This document shows positions 1 through 10,737 of a DNA stretch of 64,000 nucleotides, piece after piece (position 1 is the stretch's first letter; every line of letters begins with the position of its first letter). Made by a program: the position numbers and the translations under genes. Source of the stretch: Klebsiella phage KP182. Below the pieces are notes generated by a model. It ran no database searches, was not told the DNA's origin, and saw nothing but the letters and a program-made list of their open reading frames with translations. The DNA is taken from the sequence record OM337876.1. One strand, 5' to 3'.

Positions 1-1
1 C

Positions 2-778
<777 letters not shown>

Positions 779-808
779 ATAAAAAGCAAACAACATTGAG
801 GATATATC

Positions 809-2782
809 ATGCCTTTAGTCTCTCCTGGAATTGAGCTCAAAGAAACGAGCGTACAGAGCACGGTAGTACTTAACGCTACAGGTCGTGCCGCAATTGTCGG
901 GAAGTTCCAATGGGGTCCTGCATATCAAGTTACTCAAATCACTAATGAAGTTGAACTGGTTGATATGTTTGGCGGCCCTAATAACCAAACTGCTGATTAC
1001 TTTATGTCAGCAATGAACTTTCTGCAATATGGTAATGATCTACGCACCGTCCGTGTAGTTAACCGTGAAGCTGCTAAAAACGCATCTCCATTGGTTGATA
1101 ATATTGAATGGGAAATCACAACAGCTGGCAGTAACTATGAAGTTGGTGATAAAATTACGGTTAAATATGCAGACCAAACCGTAGATGACACCGGTTTAGT
1201 TACCGAGGTAGATAGTGACGGGAAAATTATGTCGGTGTTCATTCCGACATCAAAGATTATTGCATATGCAAAAAGCATTAATCAGTACCCAGATTTAGGG
1301 TCTTCGTGGACAACTACCGTTACTTCACAGAGTTCTGGTGTTTCCGCTGTCATTACTTTAGGTAAAATTATTTCTGAGTCTACAGTTCTACTGACTGAAC
1401 ATGAAACTGCCCATGAAGAAATGACAAAAACTGAATTCCAGACTGCGCTTGCGCAATATAAAATGCCTGGAATTGTAGCTGCGTATCCGGGCGAGCTCGG
1501 AAACCAACTAGAAATTGAAATTGTATCAAAAGCCGCTTTTGATAAAGGCGAACAACTGACGATTTATCCGAGTGGTGGACAGCGTGCATCAACCGCAAAA
1601 GCCGTATTTGGATATGGTCCTCAGACCGATACTCAGTACGCTATCATTGTTCGTAGAGATGGCGCGGTAGTTGAATCAACTGTGTTATCAACAAGCCGTC
1701 AAGATAAAGACATCTACGGAAATAACATCTTTATGGACGATTATTTCTCCAAAGGTTCTTCACGTTATATATTTGCTACCGCGCAAGGATGGCCTGAAGG
1801 ATTTTCCGGTGTTATTCGTCTGGGTGGTGGGGTTTCAGCTAATGAATCAGTTACGGCTGGCGATTTAATTCAAGGTTGGGATTTATTTGGTGACCGTGAA
1901 GCATTGCGCGTAAACCTTCTGATTGCTGGTGCTTGTGCCGGTGAAACCGATGAAATCGCAAGCACAGTACAAAAACACGTTTCGTCTATTGCAGATGAGC
2001 GTCAAGACTGTTTAGCACTCATTTCGCCTCCAAGGTCAACGATTGTAAATATTCCTCTGACTCGTGCTGTTGATAATTTAATCGACTGGCGCCAAGGCGA
2101 TGGAACTTATGATTCTGCCAATATGAACATTAATACCACGTACGCGGCAATTGACGGCAACTATAAATATCAGTATGATAAATATAACGACGTAAACCGT
2201 TGGGTTCCGTTAGCTGCTGATATTGCAGGTCTGTGTGCTCGTACTGATGATATTGCTCAGCCTTGGATGTCACCAGCTGGATATCGTCGTGGTCAGATTT
2301 TAAATTGCATCAAATTGGCAATTGAACCGCGTCAGGCACATCGTGACCGCATGTACCAAGCAGGTATTAACCCGGTAACGGGTCAAGGTACCGGTGAAGG
2401 TTTCATTCTGTTTGGTGATAAGACTGCAACCACTGTTCCAACGCCGTTTGACCGAATTAACGTTCGTCGCTTGTTTAACATGCTGAAGAACAACATCGGT
2501 GATTCTTCTAAGTGGCAGCTGTTTGAATTAAACGATAACTTTACCCGTAGTTCTTTCCGTATGGAAACCAGCCAATACCTCGCAGGTATTAAAGCTCTGG
2601 GTGGTGTATATGACTTCCGAGTTGTATGTGATACCACGAACAACACTCCAGCAGTTATCGACCGCAACGAGTTTGTAGCGAGCTTCTATATCAAACCGGC
2701 CAGATCGATAAATTATATCACTCTGAACTTCGTTGCTACGGCAACTGGAGCAGATTTTGATGAGTTGATTGGACCACAGTAA
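809..2782 (+). CDS. 18: Tail sheath protein gp18
   Basis: 657 aa against 659 aa in T4 gp18. N-terminus MPLVSPGIELKETSVQSTVV... Sits between 17 and 19. Confidence 0.93.
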   Translation: MPLVSPGIELKETSVQSTVVLNATGRAAIVGKFQWGPAYQVTQITNEVELVDMFGGPNNQTADYFMSAMNFLQYGNDLRTVRVVNREAAKNASPLVDNIEWEITTAGSNYEVGDKITVKYADQTVDDTGLVTEVDSDGKIMSVFIPTSKIIAYAKSINQYPDLGSSWTTTVTSQSSGVSAVITLGKIISESTVLLTEHETAHEEMTKTEFQTALAQYKMPGIVAAYPGELGNQLEIEIVSKAAFDKGEQLTIYPSGGQRASTAKAVFGYGPQTDTQYAIIVRRDGAVVESTVLSTSRQDKDIYGNNIFMDDYFSKGSSRYIFATAQGWPEGFSGVIRLGGGVSANESVTAGDLIQGWDLFGDREALRVNLLIAGACAGETDEIASTVQKHVSSIADERQDCLALISPPRSTIVNIPLTRAVDNLIDWRQGDGTYDSANMNINTTYAAIDGNYKYQYDKYNDVNRWVPLAADIAGLCARTDDIAQPWMSPAGYRRGQILNCIKLAIEPRQAHRDRMYQAGINPVTGQGTGEGFILFGDKTATTVPTPFDRINVRRLFNMLKNNIGDSSKWQLFELNDNFTRSSFRMETSQYLAGIKALGGVYDFRVVCDTTNNTPAVIDRNEFVASFYIKPARSINYITLNFVATATGADFDELIGPQ

Positions 2783-2789
2783 TATGAAC

Positions 2790-2808
2790 CCCAGGACATT
2801 CTGGGGTC
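2790..2808 (+). terminator. Stem-loop immediately after gene 18
   Basis: ccccaga-cattc-tggggt hairpin right after the stop codon. Confidence 0.45.
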
Positions 2809-2885
2809 ATCTAATCTTTAGATGATAAATTATATTACCGCAAACTTTAATAGCCTCTATGATGATGTAGTCAATCGAGAGGCTA

Positions 2886-2893
2886 TATAAATA
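2886..2893 (+). promoter_or_regulatory. Late promoter for gene 19
   Basis: TATAAATA 17 nt before the gp19 start. Confidence 0.7.
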
Positions 2894-2909
2894 TCTATAG
2901 GAAACAACG

Positions 2910-3401
2910 ATGGAATTAACAGACATCACTCGTGCGTTTGAATCTGGTGACTTTGCGCGTCCTAACCTGTTTGAGGTAGAAATTCCTTATCTGGGTCGTA
3001 ACTTCAGTTTCAAATGCAAAGCAGCACCGATGCCGGCAGGTATCGTAGAAAAAGTTCCAGTTGGGTACATGAACCGTAAGATTAACGTCGCTGGTGACCG
3101 TACTTATGACGACTGGACTGTTACCATCTATAACGATGATAAACATGAAGTACGTAAGGCAATTATTGCTTGGCAGGCTCAGGCCCACGCTCAAGGAAAC
3201 GATATCTCTGGTATGACTCCAGCTGATTACAAAAAAGTTGCTACTGTACGCCAATTTAGTCGTGATGGCAAAACTGTCACAAATGAACACACCATTACCG
3301 GTCTGTGGCCAACTAACGTTGGTGAAGTACAGATGGACTGGGACAGTAATAATGAGGTAGAAACGTTTGAAACTACCTTTGCTATTGACTGGTGGGAATA
3401 A
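2910..3401 (+). CDS. 19: Tail tube protein gp19
   Basis: 163 aa, the same length as T4 gp19. N-terminus MELTDITRAFESGDFARPNLFEVEIPYLG... Confidence 0.93.
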   Translation: MELTDITRAFESGDFARPNLFEVEIPYLGRNFSFKCKAAPMPAGIVEKVPVGYMNRKINVAGDRTYDDWTVTIYNDDKHEVRKAIIAWQAQAHAQGNDISGMTPADYKKVATVRQFSRDGKTVTNEHTITGLWPTNVGEVQMDWDSNNEVETFETTFAIDWWE

Positions 3402-3407
3402 TGCTAT

Positions 3408-3421
3408 GGGGCTTCGGCCCC
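3408..3421 (+). terminator. Rho-independent-type hairpin
   Basis: ggggc-ttcg-gcccc, a GC stem with a TTCG tetraloop. Confidence 0.6.
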
Positions 3422-3470
3422 GTATCGAAGTTCTGTGAGTTATTTGCTTAAATATCTGACAAAACTTCGA

Positions 3471-3478
3471 TATAAATA
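3471..3478 (+). promoter_or_regulatory. Late promoter for gene 20
   Basis: TATAAATA about 28 nt before the gp20 ATG. Confidence 0.7.
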
Positions 3479-3505
3479 TACTTATAGATAATTTCGGAGA
3501 CTCCA

Positions 3506-5074
3506 ATGGCCTTTCATATTTTGGACTTATTCGCTCCGTGGGAAAAACGCGACGAAGCTGAATATAAGCAACAAATCAACAATGACCTAGAGTCAATCAC
3601 TGCTCCAAAATTTGATGATGGAGCTCGTGAAGTTGAATCAAACGAAAACGAAATCCAGTATAATTCATTCAACCAAATGATGTTTGGTTTCAATGAACCT
3701 GGAATGAAAACAACTGCTGATTTAATCAACACTTATCGCAGTTTAATGAATAACTACGAAGTTGACAATGCTGTTGAAGAAATAGTTTCTGACGCAGTTG
3801 TATACGAAGACGGTCATCCAGTAGTTTCTCTTGATTTAGATTCTACCGACTTCAGTCAAGCAATTAAAGACCGCATTCTTGAAGAATTTAATACAGTTTT
3901 AACATGCCTTAATTTCGAGCGAAAAGGAGCCGACCATTTCCGCCGTTGGTATGTTGACTCAAGAATATTCTTCCATAAAATCGTCAACACCAAGAAAATG
4001 AAAGACGGAATTCAGGAACTGAGACGTCTTGACCCGCGCAACTTGCAATTCATCCGTGAAATCGTTACCGCTGATGACGCTGGTACTAAAATCGTTAAGG
4101 GGTACAAAGAATATTTCATTTACGATACCGGCAAAGAAAGTTATTATGCAGATGGCAGATTATATTCCGCCGGAACGAAAATTAAAATTCCACGCGATGC
4201 TATCGTATATGCACATTCTGGACTAGTTGATTGTTCAGGTCAAAACATCATCGGTTATTTACATCGAGCCGTTAAACCCGCCAACCAGTTAAAGCTATTA
4301 GAAGATGCGTTGGTAATTTATCGTATTACTCGTGCTCCTGACCGTCGTGTGTTTTACATTGACACTGGTAATATGCCTTCTCGTAAAGCGGCAGCTCATA
4401 TGCAACATATTATGAACACGATGAAAAATCGCGTTGTATATGATGCATCAACCGGTAAGATTAAAAATCAGCAACATAATATGTCAATGACAGAAGACTA
4501 TTGGTTGCAGCGTAGAGATGGTAAAGCAGTTACTGAAGTAGATACTCTTCCTGGTATGTCAGGTATGAGTGATATGGATGACGTCCGTTACTTTAGAACA
4601 GCGTTATACATGGCATTGCGAGTTCCTCTTTCGCGCATGCCAGATGCAAATAATCAAGGTGGTGTGCAGTTTGATGCTGGTACAGCAATCACTCGTGACG
4701 AACTTGATTTTGCCAAATTTATTCGTAGATTACAGCATAAATTTGAAGAGATTATGCTTGATCCACTTCGCACTAATCTAATTCTTAAAAAGGTTTTGTC
4801 TAAAGATGAGTGGGAAGACGAAATAAATAATATTAAGATTGTGTTCCATAAAGACTCATATTTCACCGAGTTGAAAGATGCTGAAGTTATGGAGCGTAGA
4901 ATCAATATGCTCACAATGGCTGAACCGTTTATCGGCAAGTATATTTCTCATAAGACAGCAATGAAAGACTTCCTTCAGATGTCAGATGAAGAAATTGAAC
5001 AAGAAGCCAAGCAAATTGAATTAGAGTCTAAAGAGGCTCGCTTCCAAGACCAAGAAAATGAAGAGGATTTCTAA
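3506..5074 (+). CDS. 20: Portal vertex protein gp20
   Basis: 522 aa against 524 aa in T4. Sits between 19 and 67. Confidence 0.92.
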   Translation: MAFHILDLFAPWEKRDEAEYKQQINNDLESITAPKFDDGAREVESNENEIQYNSFNQMMFGFNEPGMKTTADLINTYRSLMNNYEVDNAVEEIVSDAVVYEDGHPVVSLDLDSTDFSQAIKDRILEEFNTVLTCLNFERKGADHFRRWYVDSRIFFHKIVNTKKMKDGIQELRRLDPRNLQFIREIVTADDAGTKIVKGYKEYFIYDTGKESYYADGRLYSAGTKIKIPRDAIVYAHSGLVDCSGQNIIGYLHRAVKPANQLKLLEDALVIYRITRAPDRRVFYIDTGNMPSRKAAAHMQHIMNTMKNRVVYDASTGKIKNQQHNMSMTEDYWLQRRDGKAVTEVDTLPGMSGMSDMDDVRYFRTALYMALRVPLSRMPDANNQGGVQFDAGTAITRDELDFAKFIRRLQHKFEEIMLDPLRTNLILKKVLSKDEWEDEINNIKIVFHKDSYFTELKDAEVMERRINMLTMAEPFIGKYISHKTAMKDFLQMSDEEIEQEAKQIELESKEARFQDQENEEDF

Positions 5075-5298
5075 TGGAAAATTATATTTCCGCAATTGAA
5101 TCCAGAGACCTCGTAGCAGCCAAAAAAGCTTTTGGTGCAATTATGGCTGAACGGACATCTGGTTTAATTGAAGAGCGCAAAAAATTTATCGCAGCGTCTG
5201 TCATGATTGAGGGTGAAGAGCCCGATGAGGACGAAGATGAAGACGACGAAGACGAAGATAAGTCTGATAAAGACGAAGACGACGAAGAGGACGAGTAA
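5074..5298 (+). CDS. 67: Prohead core protein gp67
   Basis: 74 aa with an acidic D/E tail ([10 protein letters not shown]...). Position matches T4 gene 67. Confidence 0.8.
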   Translation: MENYISAIESRDLVAAKKAFGAIMAERTSGLIEERKKFIAASVMIEGEEPDEDEDEDDEDEDKSDKDEDDEEDE

Positions 5299-5723
5299 TG
5301 CTTATACTGCCTGAAAATCATGAATTAGTTATCGACACTGTCGAAGCTCTTCTTCCTGAAGCCCAGGCACGTTTTGATAAGTTGTCCGCAGCGCTCTCTA
5401 AAGATGATATAAATAAAATTGTAGAGAATCTTGTTGCTTCTGAGCCTGATTTAGCAATTGCTTTAGGTTCAATCAATGAATCTCTACAACTAAATGAATT
5501 TATCGTTAAACACGTTGATTCTAAAGGTACTATTACACGTACTAAGGATCGTAAAACACGTGAGCGTAACGCGTTCCAAACAACTGGACTTTCTAAAGCT
5601 AAACGCCGCCAAATCGCGCGTAAAGCAGTAAAATCAAAACGTGCTAATCCATCGGCTCAAATTCGTGGATTACGTAAACGTAAGAAAGCACTTAAACGCC
5701 GTCAGGCTCTGGGGCTAAGTTAA
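5298..5723 (+). CDS. 68: Prohead core protein gp68
   Basis: 141 aa, as in T4 gp68. Basic C-terminus. ATGA start/stop overlap with gene 67. Confidence 0.8.
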   Translation: MLILPENHELVIDTVEALLPEAQARFDKLSAALSKDDINKIVENLVASEPDLAIALGSINESLQLNEFIVKHVDSKGTITRTKDRKTRERNAFQTTGLSKAKRRQIARKAVKSKRANPSAQIRGLRKRKKALKRRQALGLS

Positions 5724-6373
5724 TGGAAAACCTCAATGAACAACTTTTAATTGAGCATTGGGGTCAACCGGGCGATGTAATTGATGGTAAACCAATGCTA
5801 GAATCTATTATCGTTGAAGGCGAAAATGAATCTGGCTTAAAACCTGGTCTGTATATTGAAGGTGTTTTTATGCAGGCAGAAGTAGTAAACCGTAATAAAC
5901 GTCTTTATCCAAAACGCATTCTTGAGACTGCGGTAAGCCGTTATATTAAGGAACAGGTTGCTACTCGTCAGGCTCTAGGAGAATTAAACCATCCACCTCG
6001 CGCAAATGTTGACCCGATGCAAGCCGCAATCATTATCGAAGATATGTGGTGGAAAGGCAACGATGTTTATGGGCGTGCAAGAATCATCGAAGGAGACCAC
6101 GGTCCAGGTGATAAATTAGCCGCTAACATCCGTGCTGGTTGGATTCCTGGTGTATCAAGCCGCGGGCTCGGTTCTTTAAAAGACTCAGGAAAAGGATATA
6201 ACATCGTACAAGAAGGCTTCCGCCTGACTGTTGGTGTAGACGCAGTTTGGGGTCCTAGTGCTCCGGATGCATGGGTACAACCGAAACAAATTTCGGAAAA
6301 TACCTCGGCACAAGTTGCCAATAGTGCTGATGATGCTTTTATGGCTCTCGCAGAGAAGTTAAAAGCGTTATAA
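5723..6373 (+). CDS. 21: Prohead core protease gp21
   Basis: 216 aa against 212 aa in T4. N-terminus [22 protein letters not shown]... Confidence 0.9.
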   Translation: MENLNEQLLIEHWGQPGDVIDGKPMLESIIVEGENESGLKPGLYIEGVFMQAEVVNRNKRLYPKRILETAVSRYIKEQVATRQALGELNHPPRANVDPMQAAIIIEDMWWKGNDVYGRARIIEGDHGPGDKLAANIRAGWIPGVSSRGLGSLKDSGKGYNIVQEGFRLTVGVDAVWGPSAPDAWVQPKQISENTSAQVANSADDAFMALAEKLKAL

Positions 6374-6376
6374 ATA
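6369..6376 (+). promoter_or_regulatory. Late promoter for gene 22
   Basis: TATAAATA overlapping the gene 21 stop. Confidence 0.65.
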
Positions 6377-6405
6377 ATTATGTAACTTAACACAGGACAT
6401 CAAAA

Positions 6406-7218
6406 ATGCTTAAAGAACTTTTAATGACCGAAGCTAAAACTATCGATGCTTCCGTCGCTCTTGACAGTATTTTCGAATCAGTTCAGCTTTCTCCGGAAGC
6501 TAAAGCTAACTTCAGCACTGTATTCGAAGCAACAGTCAAAAAACACGCCGTAGCTCTGGCAGAATCTCACATTGAAAAGATTGCTGAGAAAGCAGAAGAA
6601 AAAGTAGAAGAAGAAAAAGAAAAAGCTAAAGAAGAAGCTCGCGAAGAGCTGAAAGAAGCTGCTTCTAAATACTTTGACCATATCGCTGCAGAATGGATGG
6701 CAGAAAACCAGCTGGCGGTTGACCGCGGTATTAAAGCTGACCTGTTTGAATCCATGTTTGTCGGTATGAAAGAGCTGTTTGTTGAGCACAACGTTGTAAT
6801 TCCTGAAGAATCAGTAGACGTAGTAGCTGAGATGGAAGAAGAACTTGCTGAGCAAAAAGCAGAAACTGCTCGTTTATTTGAAGAAGTTTCTAAACGCGAT
6901 GAGTATATCAATTATGCCCAACGTGAGTATGCTATTCAAGAAGCAACCCGTGAACTGACTGATACCCAAAAAGAGAAAGTAGTTTCTCTGACAGAGGGCA
7001 TGGATTATTCTGACGCATTTTCAACTAAGCTGAAAGCTATTGTTGAAATGGTGCAGGGTTCTGTAGAGCAGTCTGTAACGGAATCTGCCGATATAAATAC
7101 TATCGACAAAGAAGCAGACGGTTTAAACTTCACAACTGAAGCAGTAGAAGAAACTCCTGCGACTAAAACCCCATCCGTTATGGATGCTTATGTGGCCCAA
7201 GCGGCTCGTCTTTCTTAA
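6406..7218 (+). CDS. 22: Prohead core scaffold protein gp22
   Basis: 270 aa against 269 aa in T4. E/K-rich coiled-coil composition. Confidence 0.9.
   Translation: MLKELLMTEAKTIDASVALDSIFESVQLSPEAKANFSTVFEATVKKHAVALAESHIEKIAEKAEEKVEEEKEKAKEEAREELKEAASKYFDHIAAEWMAENQLAVDRGIKADLFESMFVGMKELFVEHNVVIPEESVDVVAEMEEELAEQKAETARLFEEVSKRDEYINYAQREYAIQEATRELTDTQKEKVVSLTEGMDYSDAFSTKLKAIVEMVQGSVEQSVTESADINTIDKEADGLNFTTEAVEETPATKTPSVMDAYVAQAARLS
7092..7099 (+). promoter_or_regulatory. Late promoter for gene 23, embedded in the 3' end of gene 22
   Basis: TATAAATA about 140 nt upstream of gene 23. I recall T4 carrying P23 inside gene 22 as well. Confidence 0.5.
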
Positions 7219-7238
7219 TTTAAAAGGTTATACAACAC

Positions 7239-8798
7239 ATGAAAAAGAATAAACTTATCGAAAAATGGCAGCCGCTGCTTGAGAACGAAGCTCTGCCGGA
7301 AATTGTTGGCGCTAGCAAAAAAGCTCTGATCGCTAAGATTTTTGAAAACCAGGAAGCTGATATTAATCAGGCTCCAGAATACCGCGATGAAAAAATCGCT
7401 GAAGCATTTGGTTCTTTCCTGTCTGAAGCAGAAATTGGCGGTGACCACGGTTATGATGCACAGAACATCGCAGCTGGTCAGACCTCTGGTGCTGTAACCC
7501 AGATTGGCCCGGCAGTTATGGGTATGGTTCGTCGTGCTATCCCTAACCTGATTGCTTTCGATATCTGTGGTGTACAGCCGATGTCTAACCCAACCGGTCA
7601 GGTATTCGCTCTCCGCGCTGTTTACGGCAAAGACCCTCTGGCTGCTGGTGCTAAAGAAGCTTTCCATCCGATGTACGCTCCGGATGCAATGTTCTCTGGT
7701 CAGGGTGCAACCGAGAAGTTTGAAGCAGTTAAAGCTGGTGCTGCTCTGACTGTTGGTGATATCGTTGTTCACGATTTCGCACAGACCGGTCGTGCTCATC
7801 TGCAGGTTGTTGAAGATTTCACTGTAGACGCTGGTGCTACCGATGCTGCTAAACTGGACGCTGCAGTTACTGCTGCTCTGGAAGCTGGTAAAGTTGTAGA
7901 AATCGCCGAAGGTATGGCTACTTCCGTTGCTGAACTGCAAGAAGCATTTAACGGTTCTAAAGATAACCCGTGGAATGAAATGGGCTTCCGTATCGATAAA
8001 CAAACTATCGAAGCGAAATCTCGTCAGCTGAAAGCACAGTATTCCATCGAACTGGCTCAGGACCTCCGTGCTGTTCACGGTATGGACGCTGATGCTGAAT
8101 TGAGTTCAATCCTGGCTACCGAAATTATGCTGGAAATCAACCGTGAAGTTGTTGACTGGATTAACTACTCCGCTCAGGTTGGTAAATCTGGTATGACCCA
8201 GACTGTTGGTTCTAAAGCCGGTGTATTCGACTTCCAAGACCCGATTGATATCCGTGGTGCTCGTTGGGCAGGTGAAAGCTTTAAAGCTCTGCTGTTCCAG
8301 ATTGACAAAGAATCCGCTGAAATCGCCCGTCAGACCGGTCGCGGTGAAGGTAACTTCATTATCGCTTCCCGTAACGTAGTTAACGTACTGGCAGCTGTTG
8401 ATACCAACGTATCTCCGGCAGCTCAGGGTCTGGGTCGTGGTTATAATACCGACACCACTAAAGCAGTATTTGCTGGTGTTCTGGGTGGTCGCTACCGTGT
8501 ATACATCGACCAGTATGCTCGTCAGGATTACTTCACCATCGGTTATAAAGGTGCTAACGAAATGGATGCTGGTATCTACTATGCTCCGTATGTTGCACTG
8601 ACCCCGCTGCGTGGTTCCGATCCGAAGAACTTCCAACCGGTCATGGGGTTCAAAACCCGTTACGGTATCGGTATTAACCCGTTCGCCGATTCTGCTGCTC
8701 AACAGCCGAAAGGTCGTATTACCTCTGGTATGCCTTCTATCGTCAACTCTGTTGGTAAGAATGCTTACTTCCGTCGTGTATGGGTTAAAGGTATCTAA
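7239..8798 (+). CDS. 23: Major capsid protein gp23
   Basis: 519 aa against 521 aa in T4. N-terminus MKKNKLIEKWQPLLENEALPEIVGA... Strongly biased codon use. Confidence 0.95.
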   Translation: MKKNKLIEKWQPLLENEALPEIVGASKKALIAKIFENQEADINQAPEYRDEKIAEAFGSFLSEAEIGGDHGYDAQNIAAGQTSGAVTQIGPAVMGMVRRAIPNLIAFDICGVQPMSNPTGQVFALRAVYGKDPLAAGAKEAFHPMYAPDAMFSGQGATEKFEAVKAGAALTVGDIVVHDFAQTGRAHLQVVEDFTVDAGATDAAKLDAAVTAALEAGKVVEIAEGMATSVAELQEAFNGSKDNPWNEMGFRIDKQTIEAKSRQLKAQYSIELAQDLRAVHGMDADAELSSILATEIMLEINREVVDWINYSAQVGKSGMTQTVGSKAGVFDFQDPIDIRGARWAGESFKALLFQIDKESAEIARQTGRGEGNFIIASRNVVNVLAAVDTNVSPAAQGLGRGYNTDTTKAVFAGVLGGRYRVYIDQYARQDYFTIGYKGANEMDAGIYYAPYVALTPLRGSDPKNFQPVMGFKTRYGIGINPFADSAAQQPKGRITSGMPSIVNSVGKNAYFRRVWVKGI

Positions 8799-8807
8799 TA
8801 CCAATAA

Positions 8808-8825
8808 GGGAGCCTTCGGGCTCCC
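8808..8825. terminator. Terminator after gene 23
   Basis: gggagcc-ttcg-ggctccc hairpin followed by a T-run. Confidence 0.7.
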
Positions 8826-8843
8826 TTTAGTTGTTTTAATGGA

Positions 8844-8851
8844 TATAAATA
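8844..8851 (+). promoter_or_regulatory. Late promoter for gene 24
   Basis: TATAAATA about 30 nt before the ATG. Confidence 0.7.
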
Positions 8852-8879
8852 AACTTATAAATCCACAGAGGAAAGCGCA

Positions 8880-10160
8880 ATGGCTAAAATCAACGAACTT
8901 CTGCGCGAGTCAACTACAACGAGTAGCAACTTAATTGGTCGCCCTAATCTCGTTGCATTAACGCGCGCAACTACTAAATTAATCTATACCGATCTTGTTG
9001 CTACACAGCGTACTAAACAGCCTGTAGCAGCACTGTATGGTATTAAATATCTTAACCCTAATGGTGACCTGACGTTTAATACAGGTGCAACTTATGCAGG
9101 TCAAATCGGGGCGCCAGAACGTGAGTCAATTGAAGAACTCACTATGGCAAATAAAGACTCATTCAATAAAGACGATATGTTCAAATATCAGAATGTGGTC
9201 TTTAAAGTACTTAAAGATAGCCCGTTTACCGATACAGCAGAAACCGATGAATTTGGACTTGTATCTGAAGCGGTAGCAGCTAATAATATTCGTATGTTGT
9301 CAGATGCTGCAGTCACTGAAAAATTTGAAGGACCTGATTCAGACCCAATCACCGAAGCCAGTTTTAAAATTGATAAATGGCAGACCCAGGTTAAATCACG
9401 TAAGCTTAAAACAGATTTAACGGTAGAATTAGCTCAAGATTTAGAAGCTAACGGGTTCGATGCTCCAGAGCTTATTGATGATTTACTTGCTACTGAAATG
9501 GCAGAAGACATTAATAAAGACATCTTACAATCATTGATTACGGTTTCTTCTCGGTTTAAAGTAGCTGGTGTATCCGATAAGGGTGTATTAGATTTAACTA
9601 AACAAGATTCTGCTCCGGAACAAGGTCGTACTCTGTACCGTTTCATTTGTGAAATGAATTCAGCAGTTCAACGTAATACTTCTTATTCTGGTACTTATGC
9701 AGTAGCATCTACTCGTTGTGCTGCGGTGCTGGCAGCTTCCGGTTGGTTAACACAGAAGAATGATGGCACTATTCCGGACAACGCGTACGGTATGCTGAAT
9801 AACGGTTTACCTCTTTATTGTGATACTAACAGCCCAGTTGATTACGTTATTGTTGGTGTTAAGGCAGAATTTGGTGGGAAGGAAACTGTAGGTTCTTTAT
9901 TTTATGCGCCATATACCGAAGGCTTGGATTTAGACGACCCTGAGCATGTTGGTGCATTTAAAGTTATTGTTGACCCAGCTAGCTTGCAGCCTTCTGTTGC
10001 TTTACTGGTACGATATGCGCTGTCAGTTAACCCATATACTGTAGGATTGGACGAGGACGAAGCTCGTGTGATTAATGCTGCGGATATGGATAAGATGGCA
10101 GGAAGAAGTAAGATGTCTGTACTGCTCGGTGTTAAGTTACCTAAGCTTATTGCGGACTAA
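8880..10160 (+). CDS. 24: Head vertex protein gp24
   Basis: 426 aa against 427 aa in T4. Paralogue of gp23. Confidence 0.92.
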   Translation: MAKINELLRESTTTSSNLIGRPNLVALTRATTKLIYTDLVATQRTKQPVAALYGIKYLNPNGDLTFNTGATYAGQIGAPERESIEELTMANKDSFNKDDMFKYQNVVFKVLKDSPFTDTAETDEFGLVSEAVAANNIRMLSDAAVTEKFEGPDSDPITEASFKIDKWQTQVKSRKLKTDLTVELAQDLEANGFDAPELIDDLLATEMAEDINKDILQSLITVSSRFKVAGVSDKGVLDLTKQDSAPEQGRTLYRFICEMNSAVQRNTSYSGTYAVASTRCAAVLAASGWLTQKNDGTIPDNAYGMLNNGLPLYCDTNSPVDYVIVGVKAEFGGKETVGSLFYAPYTEGLDLDDPEHVGAFKVIVDPASLQPSVALLVRYALSVNPYTVGLDEDEARVINAADMDKMAGRSKMSVLLGVKLPKLIAD

Positions 10161-10165
10161 TTTAC

Positions 10166-10183
10166 GGGGAGCTTCGGCTCCCC
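10166..10183. terminator. Bidirectional hairpin terminator between 24 (+) and the minus-strand operon
   Basis: ggggagc-ttcg-gctcccc. Confidence 0.7.
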
Positions 10184-10188
10184 TTTTG

Positions 10189-10737
10189 CTATAAACTAAA
10201 TATGTCAAACCTCGAGGAGTATTCCTCCTCGAGGGATTTAAACACGTTCTTATCATAGAGGTTGACGCATTCTATTCCATGTCTACGGGCTATATCAACA
10301 GCTACTCTCGTCCCTCCAGATACACTCCCACATCTTTTTTCAGGCGCCCAATATAATACCTTATCTACAGGCTCAGTGCATTCTAGGCCCAATACCTGCA
10401 TAGAATTCCGTGCGAATAATGTCTGCACTATCTTCGAGCATTCATCCCAGTACGACGTAACTTCTCTCGCCTTAATGATGCTTTTGATTTTGGCTTCGTT
10501 TGATAATTCAGACCATACAACAACACCTGTATCAGGAAAGTGGCCACAAAAGCCAGAGTAAGGAATAATCCTACAAGAATTTGACCTATCGTATTTTGCC
10601 AACCACGCTTCATCTGAACCCGGAGCTCCACCTGAATATGAAAAATGCCCCTCTTCCGAGAGGCGTTGACCTATTATAGTCATTAGACTCAGAACTCTGC
10701 GTGGCGCTTCTCTTGAACCAATCAGCGCCAGCCTCAT
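10189..10737 (-). CDS. DprA/Smf-like Rossmann-fold (SLOG superfamily) protein, 182 aa
   Basis: LALIGSR...GHFSYSGGAPGSDEAWL resembles the DprA core GSR...SGgArGiDaaAH. The downstream F-x-RN and SG..T..A..A..G blocks also fit. Its ATG overlaps the rnlB stop (TAATG). Confidence 0.6.
   Translation of the reverse strand: MRLALIGSREAPRRVLSLMTIIGQRLSEEGHFSYSGGAPGSDEAWLAKYDRSNSCRIIPYSGFCGHFPDTGVVVWSELSNEAKIKSIIKAREVTSYWDECSKIVQTLFARNSMQVLGLECTEPVDKVLYWAPEKRCGSVSGGTRVAVDIARRHGIECVNLYDKNVFKSLEEEYSSRFDIFSL

Noticed and set aside
5082-5321. 79-aa poly-Ser ORF antisense to gene 67
   Set aside because: It is a mirror image of the GAx-repeat acidic tail of gp67 and is not a real gene.
6478-6911. Two antisense ORFs (103 and 114 aa) inside gene 22
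   Set aside because: They are generated by the E/K-rich repeat coding of gp22. The products would be Phe- and Ser-rich low-complexity sequences.
7215-8078. 287-aa ORF antisense to the major capsid gene
   Set aside because: It lies entirely within gene 23 on the opposite strand, is Ser/Phe/Asn-rich with low complexity, and has no RBS. It is an artefact of the biased codon usage of gene 23.
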